From Patescibacteria group bacterium (GTDB taxonomy: Bacteria; Patescibacteriota; Patescibacteriia; UBA1558; UBA10009), in assembly GCA_041662565.1 (NCBI GenBank), contig JBAZSE010000001.1:65084-129083 (forward strand): DNA of 64,000 bases, given 5' to 3'. The notes beneath the pieces are model-generated. The model was given only the letters and a program-made list of their open reading frames with translations. It was not told where the DNA came from and ran no database searches. Each line of letters starts with the position of its first letter. The first letter of the stretch is position 1. Position numbers and translations under genes: made by a program. Shown here piece after piece: positions 1-10,209 of the stretch.

Positions 1-1152
1 GTTGGCGAGTGCAAGAAAAAAGACACCTCGGGTTTGCCAGATTTAATTATTAATACGGTCGGTTTAAATAATATCAACGTTAATGATAATGAAGATGTTA
101 CTATATTTGTTGACGTTAAAAATATCGGCCAAGGCGATAAATCCAAAGGCGGCTTTGGCGTTAGCGGCCAGCTTAACGGCAAGCACATTGGTTTTGAATT
201 TATCAAAGATAATAATGAGAGAGCACAAGTTTTACCTGCCGGTAAAACCAAAAGATTGGAGCAGATTTATACCAGAAGCGAGTGGAATAATAATATAAAA
301 TATTTAGCGCAAAAAGGTTATTTAAAAGATGGGGCAAATAAAATAACCTTAACGGTTGATGATATTTGTTCCGCTTGTATCTCGCCATCGCAAATTAACA
401 GTTATGTTGAGGAAAGCAACGAAAATAATAATTCATATACGGCTAATTTGTATTACAATTCTTTAACGGGCATAGTATCTTTATATAAACAAGATGATCA
501 GTCAAAAAATAATTTAACATGTACTACCGATTATACTCCTGTTTGCGGTACCGACGGTAAAACTTACTCCAATTCTTGCAATGCTTCGCTTAAGGGGGCT
601 AAGGTTGATTATTACGGTGAATGTAAAAAGGCCCAAACCGAAAAGCCCCTAGAACCGGTTATCGTCAATCCTGAAATCGGAGTTGCTCAACCAGTTGCCT
701 CAGAAATTACCGAGCCGACGGTTAAGCCAATTTATCAGCCAAAAACTACTACTCAAGCCAAGCCGGTTTTAGAAAGTATTAAAGGTAGAATTGTCTTACA
801 GGTAGAAAAAAACGGTGAGGCCTACTATGCATCACCTAAAACCAATAAAGTATATTACCTAAAAGACGGTAATAGCGCCTATCAAACCATGAAAGAAACC
901 GGCGCTGGTATTAACGAAGCCGATTTTATCAATTTAATGAGTTCCAATACCAAAGGCCAAGAATTAAGAAAGCGTTTTGCCGGCCAAATTGTGTTGAGAG
1001 TTAAAGCCAAAGGCGAGGCTTATTATATTAATCCGTCTAACCTAAGCGTAACTTACATGCCCGATGGTAATGCAGCGTATCAAATTATGCGCGAGCAGGG
1101 TTTAGGTATTACAGATGAAAATTTAGCTAAAGTGATTGACGTTAATAATTAA
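1..1152 (+). CDS. 5'-truncated surface protein: CARDB-like Ig domain, Kazal domain, Pro/Thr linker, duplicated C-terminal module
   Basis: Frame is open from base 1 (VGECKKKDTSGLPDL...), so the gene starts upstream of the window. PDL...VDD...VEESNENNN is CARDB-like; CTTDYTPVCGTDGKTYSNSC...YYGEC is Kazal; G(R/Q)IVLxV...GEAYY occurs twice. Confidence 0.75.
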   Translation, partial: VGECKKKDTSGLPDLIINTVGLNNINVNDNEDVTIFVDVKNIGQGDKSKGGFGVSGQLNGKHIGFEFIKDNNERAQVLPAGKTKRLEQIYTRSEWNNNIKYLAQKGYLKDGANKITLTVDDICSACISPSQINSYVEESNENNNSYTANLYYNSLTGIVSLYKQDDQSKNNLTCTTDYTPVCGTDGKTYSNSCNASLKGAKVDYYGECKKAQTEKPLEPVIVNPEIGVAQPVASEITEPTVKPIYQPKTTTQAKPVLESIKGRIVLQVEKNGEAYYASPKTNKVYYLKDGNSAYQTMKETGAGINEADFINLMSSNTKGQELRKRFAGQIVLRVKAKGEAYYINPSNLSVTYMPDGNAAYQIMREQGLGITDENLAKVIDVNN

Positions 1153-1215
1153 TTTCTGCGTTTAGCAGATCAACTGACGGTTAAAAATTCATAAATTAAG
1201 TTAATTTAATACTAT

Positions 1216-3114
1216 ATGAATATAAAAGTTAAATTGTTAATCTTTACCGCCTTTGCCCTAATCTCTATAGTTGGTGCTAAAAGGGCTGAAGCAGTTAGTT
1301 ATTTGAACGTTGTTCAGCCGGATCATCAACCGGAAGGTGTTGCTGTAACTTCCCCGGCTGATAATATTGATTTTTTTTATTTCACTATCAGCAATACCGC
1401 TTCCAGTACCGAGGATTTAAACCTCAATCGTTTAGTGATAAATAATGCCGGTACCTCCGGCCAACAGGCCCGTGGCGTTTTTTCTTCATTATCTTTGTGC
1501 GCCACTGAAGGCGGATATTTAAGAGGTAATTGCGGCGATAATTTAATTACCAGGACATCGGTTAGAACCGGACGCGATGGGTATCTGTTTCACAATTTTA
1601 ATTACACCATACCTCAAGGTCAAACAAGATATTTTACAATCTTAGCAACTGTTAATGTAATGATCAGGGATGGCTTAACAATTAGGTTGGCTTTAAATAA
1701 TGCCAATAATTTTAGGGCGGTTGGTGTTGATACCGGAGTCAGAACTCAAGTTTTAGGTAATTTTCCGATCCAGGGTAATCTGTTTACCATTGATTCGGAA
1801 AATGGCATTAACGGTTTAGGTGGTATTTTAGCGGATTCTCTAAATAACCCGATTAGTGGCAATGTGGTTGCCGGTACGGATCAAGTGCCTGTATTGAATT
1901 TAAGATTCAGAGCTACCGATCATTCTTTTAGAATTACTAATTTGCGTTTTGCTCAATTAATCGACGGCACCACGAGGTCGGTTGATTCACTGACTCTTAG
2001 TTACTTAAATAAAGATGGAAACAGGTTAAATATAACCAGGAATTTTAATGCTAACAGCAGTACCATTAATTATGGTTTAGGTCTTAATAATGCGATTTAT
2101 GTGCCAGCCGATCAGACTGCGATTGTTAATGTTTATGCCAATTTAGGGGTTATTGGTCAAAATCCAGCGGCCGTAACCGGCGATCAGTTAAAATTCGCTT
2201 TTATTTCCAATCAGAATTTTAGCGCTCGTAATGATAATGAAAAATTAGTTAGAATTGTTGTAGCTCAAAACAATCAGGTGCCTGGAAATATAATGGTTGT
2301 TCATGGCACTTTACCGACTATTGAAGCTGATCCCGAAGCAGGAGAGGGAAATTTTGGCAATGGCCGTGTTGAATTATATCGTTTTAAAGTAACAGCGGCT
2401 GAAGGCACAAATTTAAGCTTAAAAAAACTATCGTTTAGAATTAACTTAAATGATAGTGTTTGGAATAACGCAAGTTTGACGCTAAGAAACTTTGAGATTT
2501 TAGAAGGAGATTCTTACGATAATGTTTCAGCTCTTAACCAAGCCGATACAGGTGCCAACTCATATCAAATTTATAACGGATTTGGCGCTACCGGAACCAT
2601 TGCGAACGGTAGTTGGCAGGGTGGCAGACTTAGCCATGCCAGCGGCACTTTAGCAGCGCATTATCCGCAGGGCACCAAAAATGCAATTTTGGTTTTTAAC
2701 GACGATCGGCTAATTACGGCCGGTGAAAGTAAGTACTACATTTTAAGAGCCATTGCCGCGAATGTTGACGGTGGAGCCAATAGCGATGATTCACTAAGCA
2801 CTTATATGTATGATGGTGATACGGAAATCAATGACAGTAATTTTTTAACAGCCGGTTGTTATTTCTTTCGAGCCAATTGTGGTAAAAGTAAGTATGGTTT
2901 AAACCAGGAAGCCAGAAACGACGGTAGGAATGATGTAGGGGCTTACTTTATTTGGTCTGATAATACCGGTACCGAAGGCAATGGCGCTCATCAAGATATT
3001 AATCAAACCCTTAATCAACGCAATTATTTCAACGGCCAGGAAGTTACCCCTTCGGGCGATTGGTTTAACGGTTGGAAAATTAAGACACTAAATGTTGAAA
3101 GAGTTTTTAACTAA
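1216..3114 (+). CDS. Secreted beta-rich (S-layer/adhesin-like) protein
   Basis: Signal peptide ending AEA; Asn/Gly/Thr-rich; C-terminal region paralogous to 3272..5602. Confidence 0.7.
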   Translation: MNIKVKLLIFTAFALISIVGAKRAEAVSYLNVVQPDHQPEGVAVTSPADNIDFFYFTISNTASSTEDLNLNRLVINNAGTSGQQARGVFSSLSLCATEGGYLRGNCGDNLITRTSVRTGRDGYLFHNFNYTIPQGQTRYFTILATVNVMIRDGLTIRLALNNANNFRAVGVDTGVRTQVLGNFPIQGNLFTIDSENGINGLGGILADSLNNPISGNVVAGTDQVPVLNLRFRATDHSFRITNLRFAQLIDGTTRSVDSLTLSYLNKDGNRLNITRNFNANSSTINYGLGLNNAIYVPADQTAIVNVYANLGVIGQNPAAVTGDQLKFAFISNQNFSARNDNEKLVRIVVAQNNQVPGNIMVVHGTLPTIEADPEAGEGNFGNGRVELYRFKVTAAEGTNLSLKKLSFRINLNDSVWNNASLTLRNFEILEGDSYDNVSALNQADTGANSYQIYNGFGATGTIANGSWQGGRLSHASGTLAAHYPQGTKNAILVFNDDRLITAGESKYYILRAIAANVDGGANSDDSLSTYMYDGDTEINDSNFLTAGCYFFRANCGKSKYGLNQEARNDGRNDVGAYFIWSDNTGTEGNGAHQDINQTLNQRNYFNGQEVTPSGDWFNGWKIKTLNVERVFN

Positions 3115-3131
3115 AAAAAGATTTTTATCCT

Positions 3132-3170
3132 AAAAAAGTAGAGGTTGGGTAATCTCGCCTCTACTTTTTT
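3132..3170 (+). terminator. Intrinsic terminator
   Basis: aaaaaagtagagg...cctctactttttt hairpin with U-tract just after the stop codon. Confidence 0.75.
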
Positions 3171-3181
3171 ATTTTTCCGGA

Positions 3182-3210
3182 TTGACTTTTAGCGAAAAGT
3201 ATGCTATTAT
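3182..3210 (+). promoter_or_regulatory. Sigma70-type promoter
   Basis: TTGACT-17 bp-TATTAT with TG extension. Confidence 0.6.
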
Positions 3211-3271
3211 TATAATATTGAGGCATAACTTTGGTTATGCTTTTTACTTTTAACAATTAATTTTAAACAAA

Positions 3272-5602
3272 ATGGGTAAATTTACCAAACTGTTTTTAGT
3301 AGCCATCGCTATTTGTGGTGGTTTTTTGTTGGCCAATAGTGCTAGCGCGGCCACCTTTTTAAATGTCTCTCTTAATGAGAGCCAACCGGAAAGCAGAGAT
3401 TTAAATCTTGATTATATTGGTCTTGCTCAGGAAAATGTTCCTGTTTGGGTAGCTAATATTAATTTAACTAACGCGGATAACAGCGCCGAAGCATTAAATG
3501 TCAGCACTTTATACATTAGTACCGCTACCGGCAGCAGAATCATTTTTAGCAAAATGACTTTAGTAGATGGTATTGATAATGAAAATCACGAGGGATTTGC
3601 CACTACCGAAATTAAAAGTGGCTACAAAGCTTTGGTTTTTAGAAATTTAAATATTACTTTAGGAGTTGGTGAAACTAAAGTTTTACAGGTTTGGGGTACT
3701 TTAAATGGCTCTTTGAGAAATAATTACATTAATCAATTGGGTGTTACTACCAGGGGAAGTGTAATTGCCCGCGGAGTTAATGATAGGCGTTATTCCGTTG
3801 TTTCCGGGAATTTTCCGGTGTTAGGCAACATTTTTAGATTAATTATGCCTCGTTCTTACGGCACTGTTAATTACGCTGGTAATGAGGCCGTGGTTTCTGT
3901 TTCGCGAGGAACAACTAATGTTGAGCTCGCGCATTTTAATTTTGTTAATGAAGAAAGAAGCCAGCAGGACATGAATTTAACCAGCGTTAAAGTCACTAAT
4001 TACGGCACGGCTAACAGTAATCGCACGCTTTCCAGTGTTGGCCTTTATGATGGAGATCGTTTATTAGTCAGAGGTACTCTTTCCGGTAGAACTTATACTT
4101 TTAAAAATTTTCATCATTTTATTCAACGCGGTGGTAACCATGTGTTAACGGTTAAAGGCAATATTAGCAGAAATGCCGTTGTGGATAGCACTATTATTAT
4201 GGGTATTAATGCCGTGGCTGATTTAAAAGGCGTAAATGCCAATCCCAATGGTTTTGATTTGGCAACTATTTTTAGTGGCAATTTTCCTGTTAGAGCCAAT
4301 GAATTTAGAATTTTGGGTGAGGGAAGGCTGACAGTGCAGGCGGAAAGCAATCCGGCTACAACCAATGTGGTGGCCCGTGCTGATGACGTGCCGATGCTTA
4401 ATTTAAGATTTACTGCCACTAATTCTGCTTTTAGAATCAATCATTTGCGTATTTCTCAAACTAATGATGATCTTTTTGATCGCTCTATTGCCAGCGTTAG
4501 AATTACTTACCAAAATGAAGCCGGAGAAAATTCTTTGGTTGGCACTGCTTTAAATAATGGTAATGCCGACCTTAATTTAAGTTTTGATCCGGCTTATGTT
4601 GCGGCTAATAGTTCCGCGATAATCAGGGTTTTTGCCGATTTAAACCCAATTAATCCAGATTGGGGCGCTTATACCGGTGATGCCATTCAGCTTACGTTTA
4701 AAGTTAATCAGGGTTTTGAAGCCAGAGCCGTTGGTGTTAATCTCCCGGCCATTCAAAACGTGGGCGAGCGTGATATCCCTGGAAATGATATGATTGTCCA
4801 TGGCTCTGTGCCAACTATTACAGCTGATGATGCCCAGGGTAATTTAGCTAACGGATCCGTAGATTTATACCGTTTTAGAGTTACTGCGCCGGAAGACGGG
4901 ACGGATTTGTCCTTAAAAAAATTGTCATTTAAGGTTAACTTGAATGATAGCGTTACTTTGCAAAACGCCACCGCAACCACCTTGATGTTAAGGAACTTTG
5001 AAATTTTAGAAGGCGATTCCTATAACAATGCGTCCGCTCTTACTCAAGCTGATAGGGGTAATGATTCATATCAAATATATAATGGCTACGGTGCTACCAA
5101 CACTATTGCCACGGGTTTTGCCGGGTGGCCAGTGGGCGGCAAGCTGAGCCATTCCAGTGGAACCATAGCTGCCTTTTTTCCGCCTAATGTCAACACCAGG
5201 GATGTAGTTGTGGTCTTTAATGACGATAGATTGATTAGGCAAGGCCAAAGCAAGTATTATATTTTAAGAGCTAGGGCTATGAATGTGGATACCGGTAATG
5301 GTAGTAATGATTCCATCAGCACCTATATGTTTGATGGCGATCAGAATGTTTCTGCTTATAAAGGCCTTGAGGCCAGCTGTGATTTCAATAATAACCGGGC
5401 CGCTGGTATAGGTAGTAAATACTGTTTAAGTAGTGATGGCCGAGCCAACGATACAGCAGCTTACTTTATTTGGTCCGATACTACAGGCACCGAAGGTAAT
5501 TATCAACACCAAGATATTAATGCCGATAGTAATAATAATTCCCAGGATTGGTTTAACGGTTGGAAAATTAAAACTTTAAACGTTCAAAGAACTTTGAACT
5601 AA
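3272..5602 (+). CDS. Secreted beta-rich (S-layer/adhesin-like) protein, paralog of upstream gene
   Basis: Signal peptide ending ASA; shares LSLKKLSF, LRNFEILEGDSY, FNDDRLI, YFIWSD.TGTEGN and DWFNGWKIKTLNV motifs with 1216..3114. Confidence 0.7.
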   Translation: MGKFTKLFLVAIAICGGFLLANSASAATFLNVSLNESQPESRDLNLDYIGLAQENVPVWVANINLTNADNSAEALNVSTLYISTATGSRIIFSKMTLVDGIDNENHEGFATTEIKSGYKALVFRNLNITLGVGETKVLQVWGTLNGSLRNNYINQLGVTTRGSVIARGVNDRRYSVVSGNFPVLGNIFRLIMPRSYGTVNYAGNEAVVSVSRGTTNVELAHFNFVNEERSQQDMNLTSVKVTNYGTANSNRTLSSVGLYDGDRLLVRGTLSGRTYTFKNFHHFIQRGGNHVLTVKGNISRNAVVDSTIIMGINAVADLKGVNANPNGFDLATIFSGNFPVRANEFRILGEGRLTVQAESNPATTNVVARADDVPMLNLRFTATNSAFRINHLRISQTNDDLFDRSIASVRITYQNEAGENSLVGTALNNGNADLNLSFDPAYVAANSSAIIRVFADLNPINPDWGAYTGDAIQLTFKVNQGFEARAVGVNLPAIQNVGERDIPGNDMIVHGSVPTITADDAQGNLANGSVDLYRFRVTAPEDGTDLSLKKLSFKVNLNDSVTLQNATATTLMLRNFEILEGDSYNNASALTQADRGNDSYQIYNGYGATNTIATGFAGWPVGGKLSHSSGTIAAFFPPNVNTRDVVVVFNDDRLIRQGQSKYYILRARAMNVDTGNGSNDSISTYMFDGDQNVSAYKGLEASCDFNNNRAAGIGSKYCLSSDGRANDTAAYFIWSDTTGTEGNYQHQDINADSNNNSQDWFNGWKIKTLNVQRTLN

Positions 5603-5614
5603 TAAAAGATTTAT

Positions 5615-5657
5615 AAAAAAAGGGGCGATCCTGCGCAAGCATCGACGCCTCTTTTTT
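5615..5657 (+). terminator. Intrinsic terminator
   Basis: aggggcg...cgcctct stem followed by T-tract. Confidence 0.6.
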
Positions 5658-5659
5658 AA

Positions 5660-5688
5660 TTGACAAAACAATTGCCTGGATTTAAAAT
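5660..5688 (+). promoter_or_regulatory. Sigma70-type promoter
   Basis: TTGACA-17 bp-TAAAAT. Confidence 0.65.
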
Positions 5689-5723
5689 GAGATTGTTATT
5701 TTTACTTCTAAATTTTCCTGTTT

Positions 5724-6767
5724 ATGCCCCACTTGCTATTGGAAAAAATTAAAGAGCGCAACCGTTTGGCGGTTAAAGAGTTTTCTGCCCAGGCCGAATT
5801 ACGAAGAAAATATTTATTGGATCACCCTACTCGGTTAGCGGCTACCAAATGCATGGACGGCCGGGTAAATTTATCGGTTATTACCAATATGCCGTTTGGG
5901 GTTTTTAGGCCCTGGCGCAATATTGGGGGCATGTTTAATATTGGCTGGCTGGCTTTTAGCCAATCATTAAGGGAATGGGTTAGTAAATTTGAAGCTGAAG
6001 GCCGAGAAGGTATTATTTTTATAACTTACCATTGGTCCAACAGCGCCAAGCATTTGGGTTGCCGGGGCTTTGATTATAATTTGTCTTTATCCAAAAAAGC
6101 TATTGGCCAAATGGCCCAAAGTGTTAAAGGGGTTTTTGTTGGGCATCGTTTAACGGTTATTTTTACCGGAGTGGAAACCGATTCTGATGCCTTAATTATT
6201 CATGGCGATGATATTAAAAATGTTTTGGATATGCGAGTCGTTAAGTCAGGGGCAGAAATCAAACGACGTTTGATTAAAATGTTTCCTAAAATGACCGATT
6301 CCATGCACTCGGATTTATTAAATTTGCTAGCCGGCAATGCCCAACATATTAAGCAAGTAGCGCTTGAGGGCAGAGAATTGGTGGAGCTTAACCATTGCGA
6401 AAAGATTTTAGCTGTTGGCCAGGGTTTTGATTGGATTCATGAATCCAACGAGGCCATAATTGTGGGGCCGTTTAACCCTAATTTGGAAGAGCCGATTATT
6501 ACGGCAGTTAAATTGATTATGACAAACAGGCAGGAGGGCCGAGTTAAAAGTGATCGCGGCGTGTTGTTGGTTTGTATGCCTTGGAGCGAAAGCTGGCATA
6601 ATTACCGCGAGGTGGCTTCGGAGCGGGCCAGAGTTTTGGCCGATTTGGCCTTAACCGCCATTAAAAAACATCTGCCTCAAGAGCTGGAATTTTTTTATCC
6701 ATTGGTTGGAGTGATGCAAGAAGAATCACGGGAATTTACCGAAATTCCCTATCATCGTCCATTTTAA
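5724..6767 (+). CDS. Beta-class carbonic anhydrase, CsoSCA (carboxysome CA)-like
   Basis: CxDGR motif (KCMDGRVN) plus H-x10-C (YHWSNSAKHLGC), the Zn-ligand spacing of CsoSCA-type enzymes. Confidence 0.6.
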   Translation: MPHLLLEKIKERNRLAVKEFSAQAELRRKYLLDHPTRLAATKCMDGRVNLSVITNMPFGVFRPWRNIGGMFNIGWLAFSQSLREWVSKFEAEGREGIIFITYHWSNSAKHLGCRGFDYNLSLSKKAIGQMAQSVKGVFVGHRLTVIFTGVETDSDALIIHGDDIKNVLDMRVVKSGAEIKRRLIKMFPKMTDSMHSDLLNLLAGNAQHIKQVALEGRELVELNHCEKILAVGQGFDWIHESNEAIIVGPFNPNLEEPIITAVKLIMTNRQEGRVKSDRGVLLVCMPWSESWHNYREVASERARVLADLALTAIKKHLPQELEFFYPLVGVMQEESREFTEIPYHRPF

Positions 6768-6775
6768 ATTAATTT

Positions 6776-6817
6776 AAACAAAAAACCCTTTGAAATATTT
6801 CAAAGGGTTTTTGTTTT
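6776..6817. terminator. Bidirectional terminator between convergent genes
   Basis: aaaaaccctttgaaat/atttcaaagggttttt perfect inverted repeat. Confidence 0.8.
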
Positions 6818-6819
6818 GT

Positions 6820-9048
6820 TTAACGTTTGTTAAAGCTTGGTCTTCTTGGGCCTGCTCCGGCACTCCCGCCGTGGCTGGGTCTAAAGGGAGGCCTTTCTTC
6901 AAAACCTTCCGGTTTAGGTAAAAGTTCTTTTCTGGATAAGCCAATTCTGCCTCTTTCTTTATCAACTTCCATAACTTTAACTTTAACGGTGTCGCCCACA
7001 TGCAAAACATCCGAAACCTTATCAATCCTTTTCCAATCAACGTTGGAAATGTGGATCATGCCGTCTTTACCGGGGAGTAATTCCACAATGGCGCCGATTT
7101 CATCACCGTTCATTTGGCCTTTCATAATCTGGGTTACCGTGCCTTCGTATTCTTCACCTACTTTAATTTCTTTGGTTAAATCTTCCACCCACTGCACGGC
7201 TTTTTTAGAACCCTCGGCATTGGCGGAAGTAATAAACACGGTGCCATCCTGTTCAATGTCAATTTCCACGTCGCATTCCTCAATAATTTTATTGATGATT
7301 TTTCCACCAGGCCCGATAACATCGCGGATATTATCCGGATTAATATGCAGAATAACAATCCTGGGGGCATGCGCGGAAAGTTCGGTTCTGGGCGCGGCAA
7401 TGGCATTTTTCATGACTTCTAAAATTTGCAATCTGGCAATTTTAGCTTTAGCCAATGTTTCACGGCAAATGTTTAAAGCAATGCCGCCCAATTTAATATC
7501 CAATTGAATGGCAGTAATGCCCGTTTCGGTGCCGGCTACTTTAAAGTCCATGTCAAAAGCATGATCTTCAATACCTTGGATGTCGGTTAAAATTTTGTAA
7601 TTTTTTTTGTCATTATCATCGGTTACCAAACCCATGGCAATACCGGCAACTGGAGCGATGATTGGCACGCCGGCATCCATTAAGGATAAGGTGGAACCAC
7701 AAATAGCTCCCTGGGAAGATGAGCCATTAGAGCCCAAAACCTCGGAAACAACCCTAATGGTGTAGGGGAAAGTGGCTTTATCGGGTAAAACTGCTACTAA
7801 GGCCTTTTCGGCTAAAGCGCCATGGCCAATTTCCCGCCTGCCTGGGCCTCTAGAGGGCCTAACTTCGCCTACAGAGAAGCCAGGGAAGTTATAGTGGTGC
7901 ATATAGCGTTTTTTGCCTTCTTCTTCCATACCGTCCAAATATTGCTCTGCACCGGGCCCGCCCAAGGTAACTACCGATAAAATTTGGGTTTCGCCTCTTT
8001 GGAACAAACCGGAACCGTGCACTCTTGGCAAAAACGAAACTTCTGCCGAAAGCGGGCGGATCTCATCCAGGGCCCGGCCATCAACACGCTGGTTATTTTC
8101 TAAAACCATTTTGCGGGCATTGGCGGATAAGTATTCATCCAACAAGCCCATGCCTTTAGCGCGCAAATCTTTAGAAACTTCATTATCGTTTTTAAGGGCA
8201 ATGTTAAGTTCATCTTTTAATTGCTGAAGATTTTTTTTGGTTTCTTCTTTACTTGGAGTATAAACCTTATTTAGTTTATCTAAAGTGTAGGCCTCAAATT
8301 TATTTTTAATTAATTCTTTTTCCGCTTTCATTTCGGGTGTTTCTATTTCCACTGTTTTGGGCACGCCGATTTGAGTTTGAATGTCTTTAATAAATTTAAC
8401 CACTTTGCTTAAATGTTTGTGGCCAAAATCCAAGGCATCGGCCACCACATCTTCTTTAATTTGCTTGCCTTCCAATTCAATCATTACTATTTCTTCATCA
8501 TTGCCGGTAATATACAAATCAAAGTCGCTCTTAAGCCGGGCTTCGTAAGAGCCGTTTAAGACCCATTCGCCGTTAATTTGGCCAACTCTAATAGCCGCTA
8601 CCGGTCCGCCCCAGGGAATAGGAGAAATTGAAAGGGCAATGGAGGAGGCGATTAATGAGGGTACATCAGCGTCGTTTTCGCCGTCAACAGCCAAAACAGT
8701 GACCATGACCTGAACATCTTTGCGTTCGGATTCTTTAAATAATGGTCTGATGGAACGGTCAATTACCCGGGCGGTTAGTACCGCTTCATCGGTGGCCCGA
8801 CCTTCGCGCTTAATCCAGCGCGAGCCCTTGATTTTTCCGGCCGCGTAAAGTTTTTCTTCATAATCCACCATTAAGGGGAAGTAATCAATACCATCCCTGG
8901 GATTAGAACCTACTACGGCTGTAGCCAAAACAACGGTCTCGCCGTACTGGACGGTACACGAGCCGTGGGCTTGCCCGGCTAATTTGCCGGTTTGAACTTT
9001 GAGTTGCTTGCCAGCGTACTCCAGTTCAAAATTATGAACTTCTTGCAT
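6820..9048 (-). CDS. pnp: Polyribonucleotide nucleotidyltransferase (PNPase)
   Basis: Two RNase PH domains (RREIGHGALAE, SNGSSSQ, DMDFKVAGT), KH (VIGPGGK) and S1 domains. Confidence 0.98.
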   Translation of the reverse strand: MQEVHNFELEYAGKQLKVQTGKLAGQAHGSCTVQYGETVVLATAVVGSNPRDGIDYFPLMVDYEEKLYAAGKIKGSRWIKREGRATDEAVLTARVIDRSIRPLFKESERKDVQVMVTVLAVDGENDADVPSLIASSIALSISPIPWGGPVAAIRVGQINGEWVLNGSYEARLKSDFDLYITGNDEEIVMIELEGKQIKEDVVADALDFGHKHLSKVVKFIKDIQTQIGVPKTVEIETPEMKAEKELIKNKFEAYTLDKLNKVYTPSKEETKKNLQQLKDELNIALKNDNEVSKDLRAKGMGLLDEYLSANARKMVLENNQRVDGRALDEIRPLSAEVSFLPRVHGSGLFQRGETQILSVVTLGGPGAEQYLDGMEEEGKKRYMHHYNFPGFSVGEVRPSRGPGRREIGHGALAEKALVAVLPDKATFPYTIRVVSEVLGSNGSSSQGAICGSTLSLMDAGVPIIAPVAGIAMGLVTDDNDKKNYKILTDIQGIEDHAFDMDFKVAGTETGITAIQLDIKLGGIALNICRETLAKAKIARLQILEVMKNAIAAPRTELSAHAPRIVILHINPDNIRDVIGPGGKIINKIIEECDVEIDIEQDGTVFITSANAEGSKKAVQWVEDLTKEIKVGEEYEGTVTQIMKGQMNGDEIGAIVELLPGKDGMIHISNVDWKRIDKVSDVLHVGDTVKVKVMEVDKERGRIGLSRKELLPKPEGFEERPPFRPSHGGSAGAGPRRPSFNKR

Positions 9049-9128
9049 GAAATTTACTTTCTTAGAGCTGGCAATCAGACTGCAGACTAGTTTTAAGGTA
9101 GTCTATGTGCCTAATTGTCAGCTGTTAA

Positions 9129-9632
9129 TTAATTTTTTATTTTCATTAAAAAACGTTTTTTGTCTTTGGAAAGATCGGTAAAGCAATCGGCCGCTTCTAC
9201 CAAGGAGTGCGAAGAGCTTTCGCCAAAAGCAATCACTTCCACTTGCAAGCCGTTGTTTTGCAGGTAATCCACCATGGGCACATAATCGCCGTCGCCGGAA
9301 ACAATAATTACCACATCCAAACGGGGTGACATGCGTATGGCATCAACCGCCAGGCCAACATCCCAATCGGCTTTTTTGGCCCCACCGGCAAAGATCTGCA
9401 GATCTTTGGTTTTAATGGTAAAGCCGGATTTTTCCAAGGCCTCAAAAAAAGGCGATTCTTCTTTATTGGGCGAAGTAATCACGTAAGCAAAAGCATTGAC
9501 TAATTTTCGTTCGGCCACCGCTTCCCGCAAAACTTCTTTAAAGTTAACGCGGGAATTGTAGATGTTTTTAGCCGAATGATACATGTTTTGCACGTCCACA
9601 AAAATGGCCACGCGCTGTTCGGGATGCTTCAT
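9129..9632 (-). CDS. NYN domain (LabA/DUF88-like) protein
   Basis: IFVDVQN, KKADWDVGLAVD, VSGDGDYVP motifs. Confidence 0.9.
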   Translation of the reverse strand: MKHPEQRVAIFVDVQNMYHSAKNIYNSRVNFKEVLREAVAERKLVNAFAYVITSPNKEESPFFEALEKSGFTIKTKDLQIFAGGAKKADWDVGLAVDAIRMSPRLDVVIIVSGDGDYVPMVDYLQNNGLQVEVIAFGESSSHSLVEAADCFTDLSKDKKRFLMKIKN

Positions 9633-9982
9633 TATTCTTCTTCCTTAATTTCCACGGGTTCTTCGATTTCTTCTTCAATTTTATCCGCCAAGAGTTCGTC
9701 TAAATTCTTGCTTTTAGCAATTTTAATTTTGAGTTTTTTAACCAATTCGTCAAAGGATTTTTCGTTTTCTTTTTCCAAATACCTTAATAGCTTTCTTCTT
9801 AAAGACACTTTTCTAATCAAACCGCGTCTGGAGGAAAAGTCCTTTTTGTGCAGTTTTAAGTGTTCGGTCAACTCGCGGATTTCTTCGGTTAAAATCGCGA
9901 TTTGGATCTCGGGGCTGCCGGTATCCTTGGCGTGGGTTTTGTACTTTTCAATAATTCGCTGCTTCTTTTTTTTGTCTAACAT
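9632..9982 (-). CDS. rpsO: 30S ribosomal protein S15 with acidic C-terminal extension
   Basis: DTGSPEIQIAILT...HKKDFSSRRGL; RBS gaaagga upstream. Confidence 0.98.
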   Translation of the reverse strand: MLDKKKKQRIIEKYKTHAKDTGSPEIQIAILTEEIRELTEHLKLHKKDFSSRRGLIRKVSLRRKLLRYLEKENEKSFDELVKKLKIKIAKSKNLDELLADKIEEEIEEPVEIKEEE

Positions 9983-10106
9983 ATGTTTTCCTTTCTTATG
10001 TCGCTATCTAAGCCAATTAAAGCCGTTAGACAGGGCTAAAGGCCGAGGTAGCGATGAATTAGCGCAGAACAATTTAGAATCGTCTGCAGGGTTAAATAAT
10101 ATGCCA

Positions 10107-10135
10107 AGCATAGCAGAAAGGGGAGATTATGTCAA
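10107..10135 (-). promoter_or_regulatory. Promoter of the rpsO-NYN-pnp operon
   Basis: Minus strand TTGACA-17 bp-TATGCT with TG extension. Confidence 0.6.
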
Positions 10136-10209
10136 TATTTGGGGTTTTAGGGTATTAAGGGGTTCTTTGACCGTTTTTCTATTTTGCGACACCATGATAT
10201 AATATCTTT

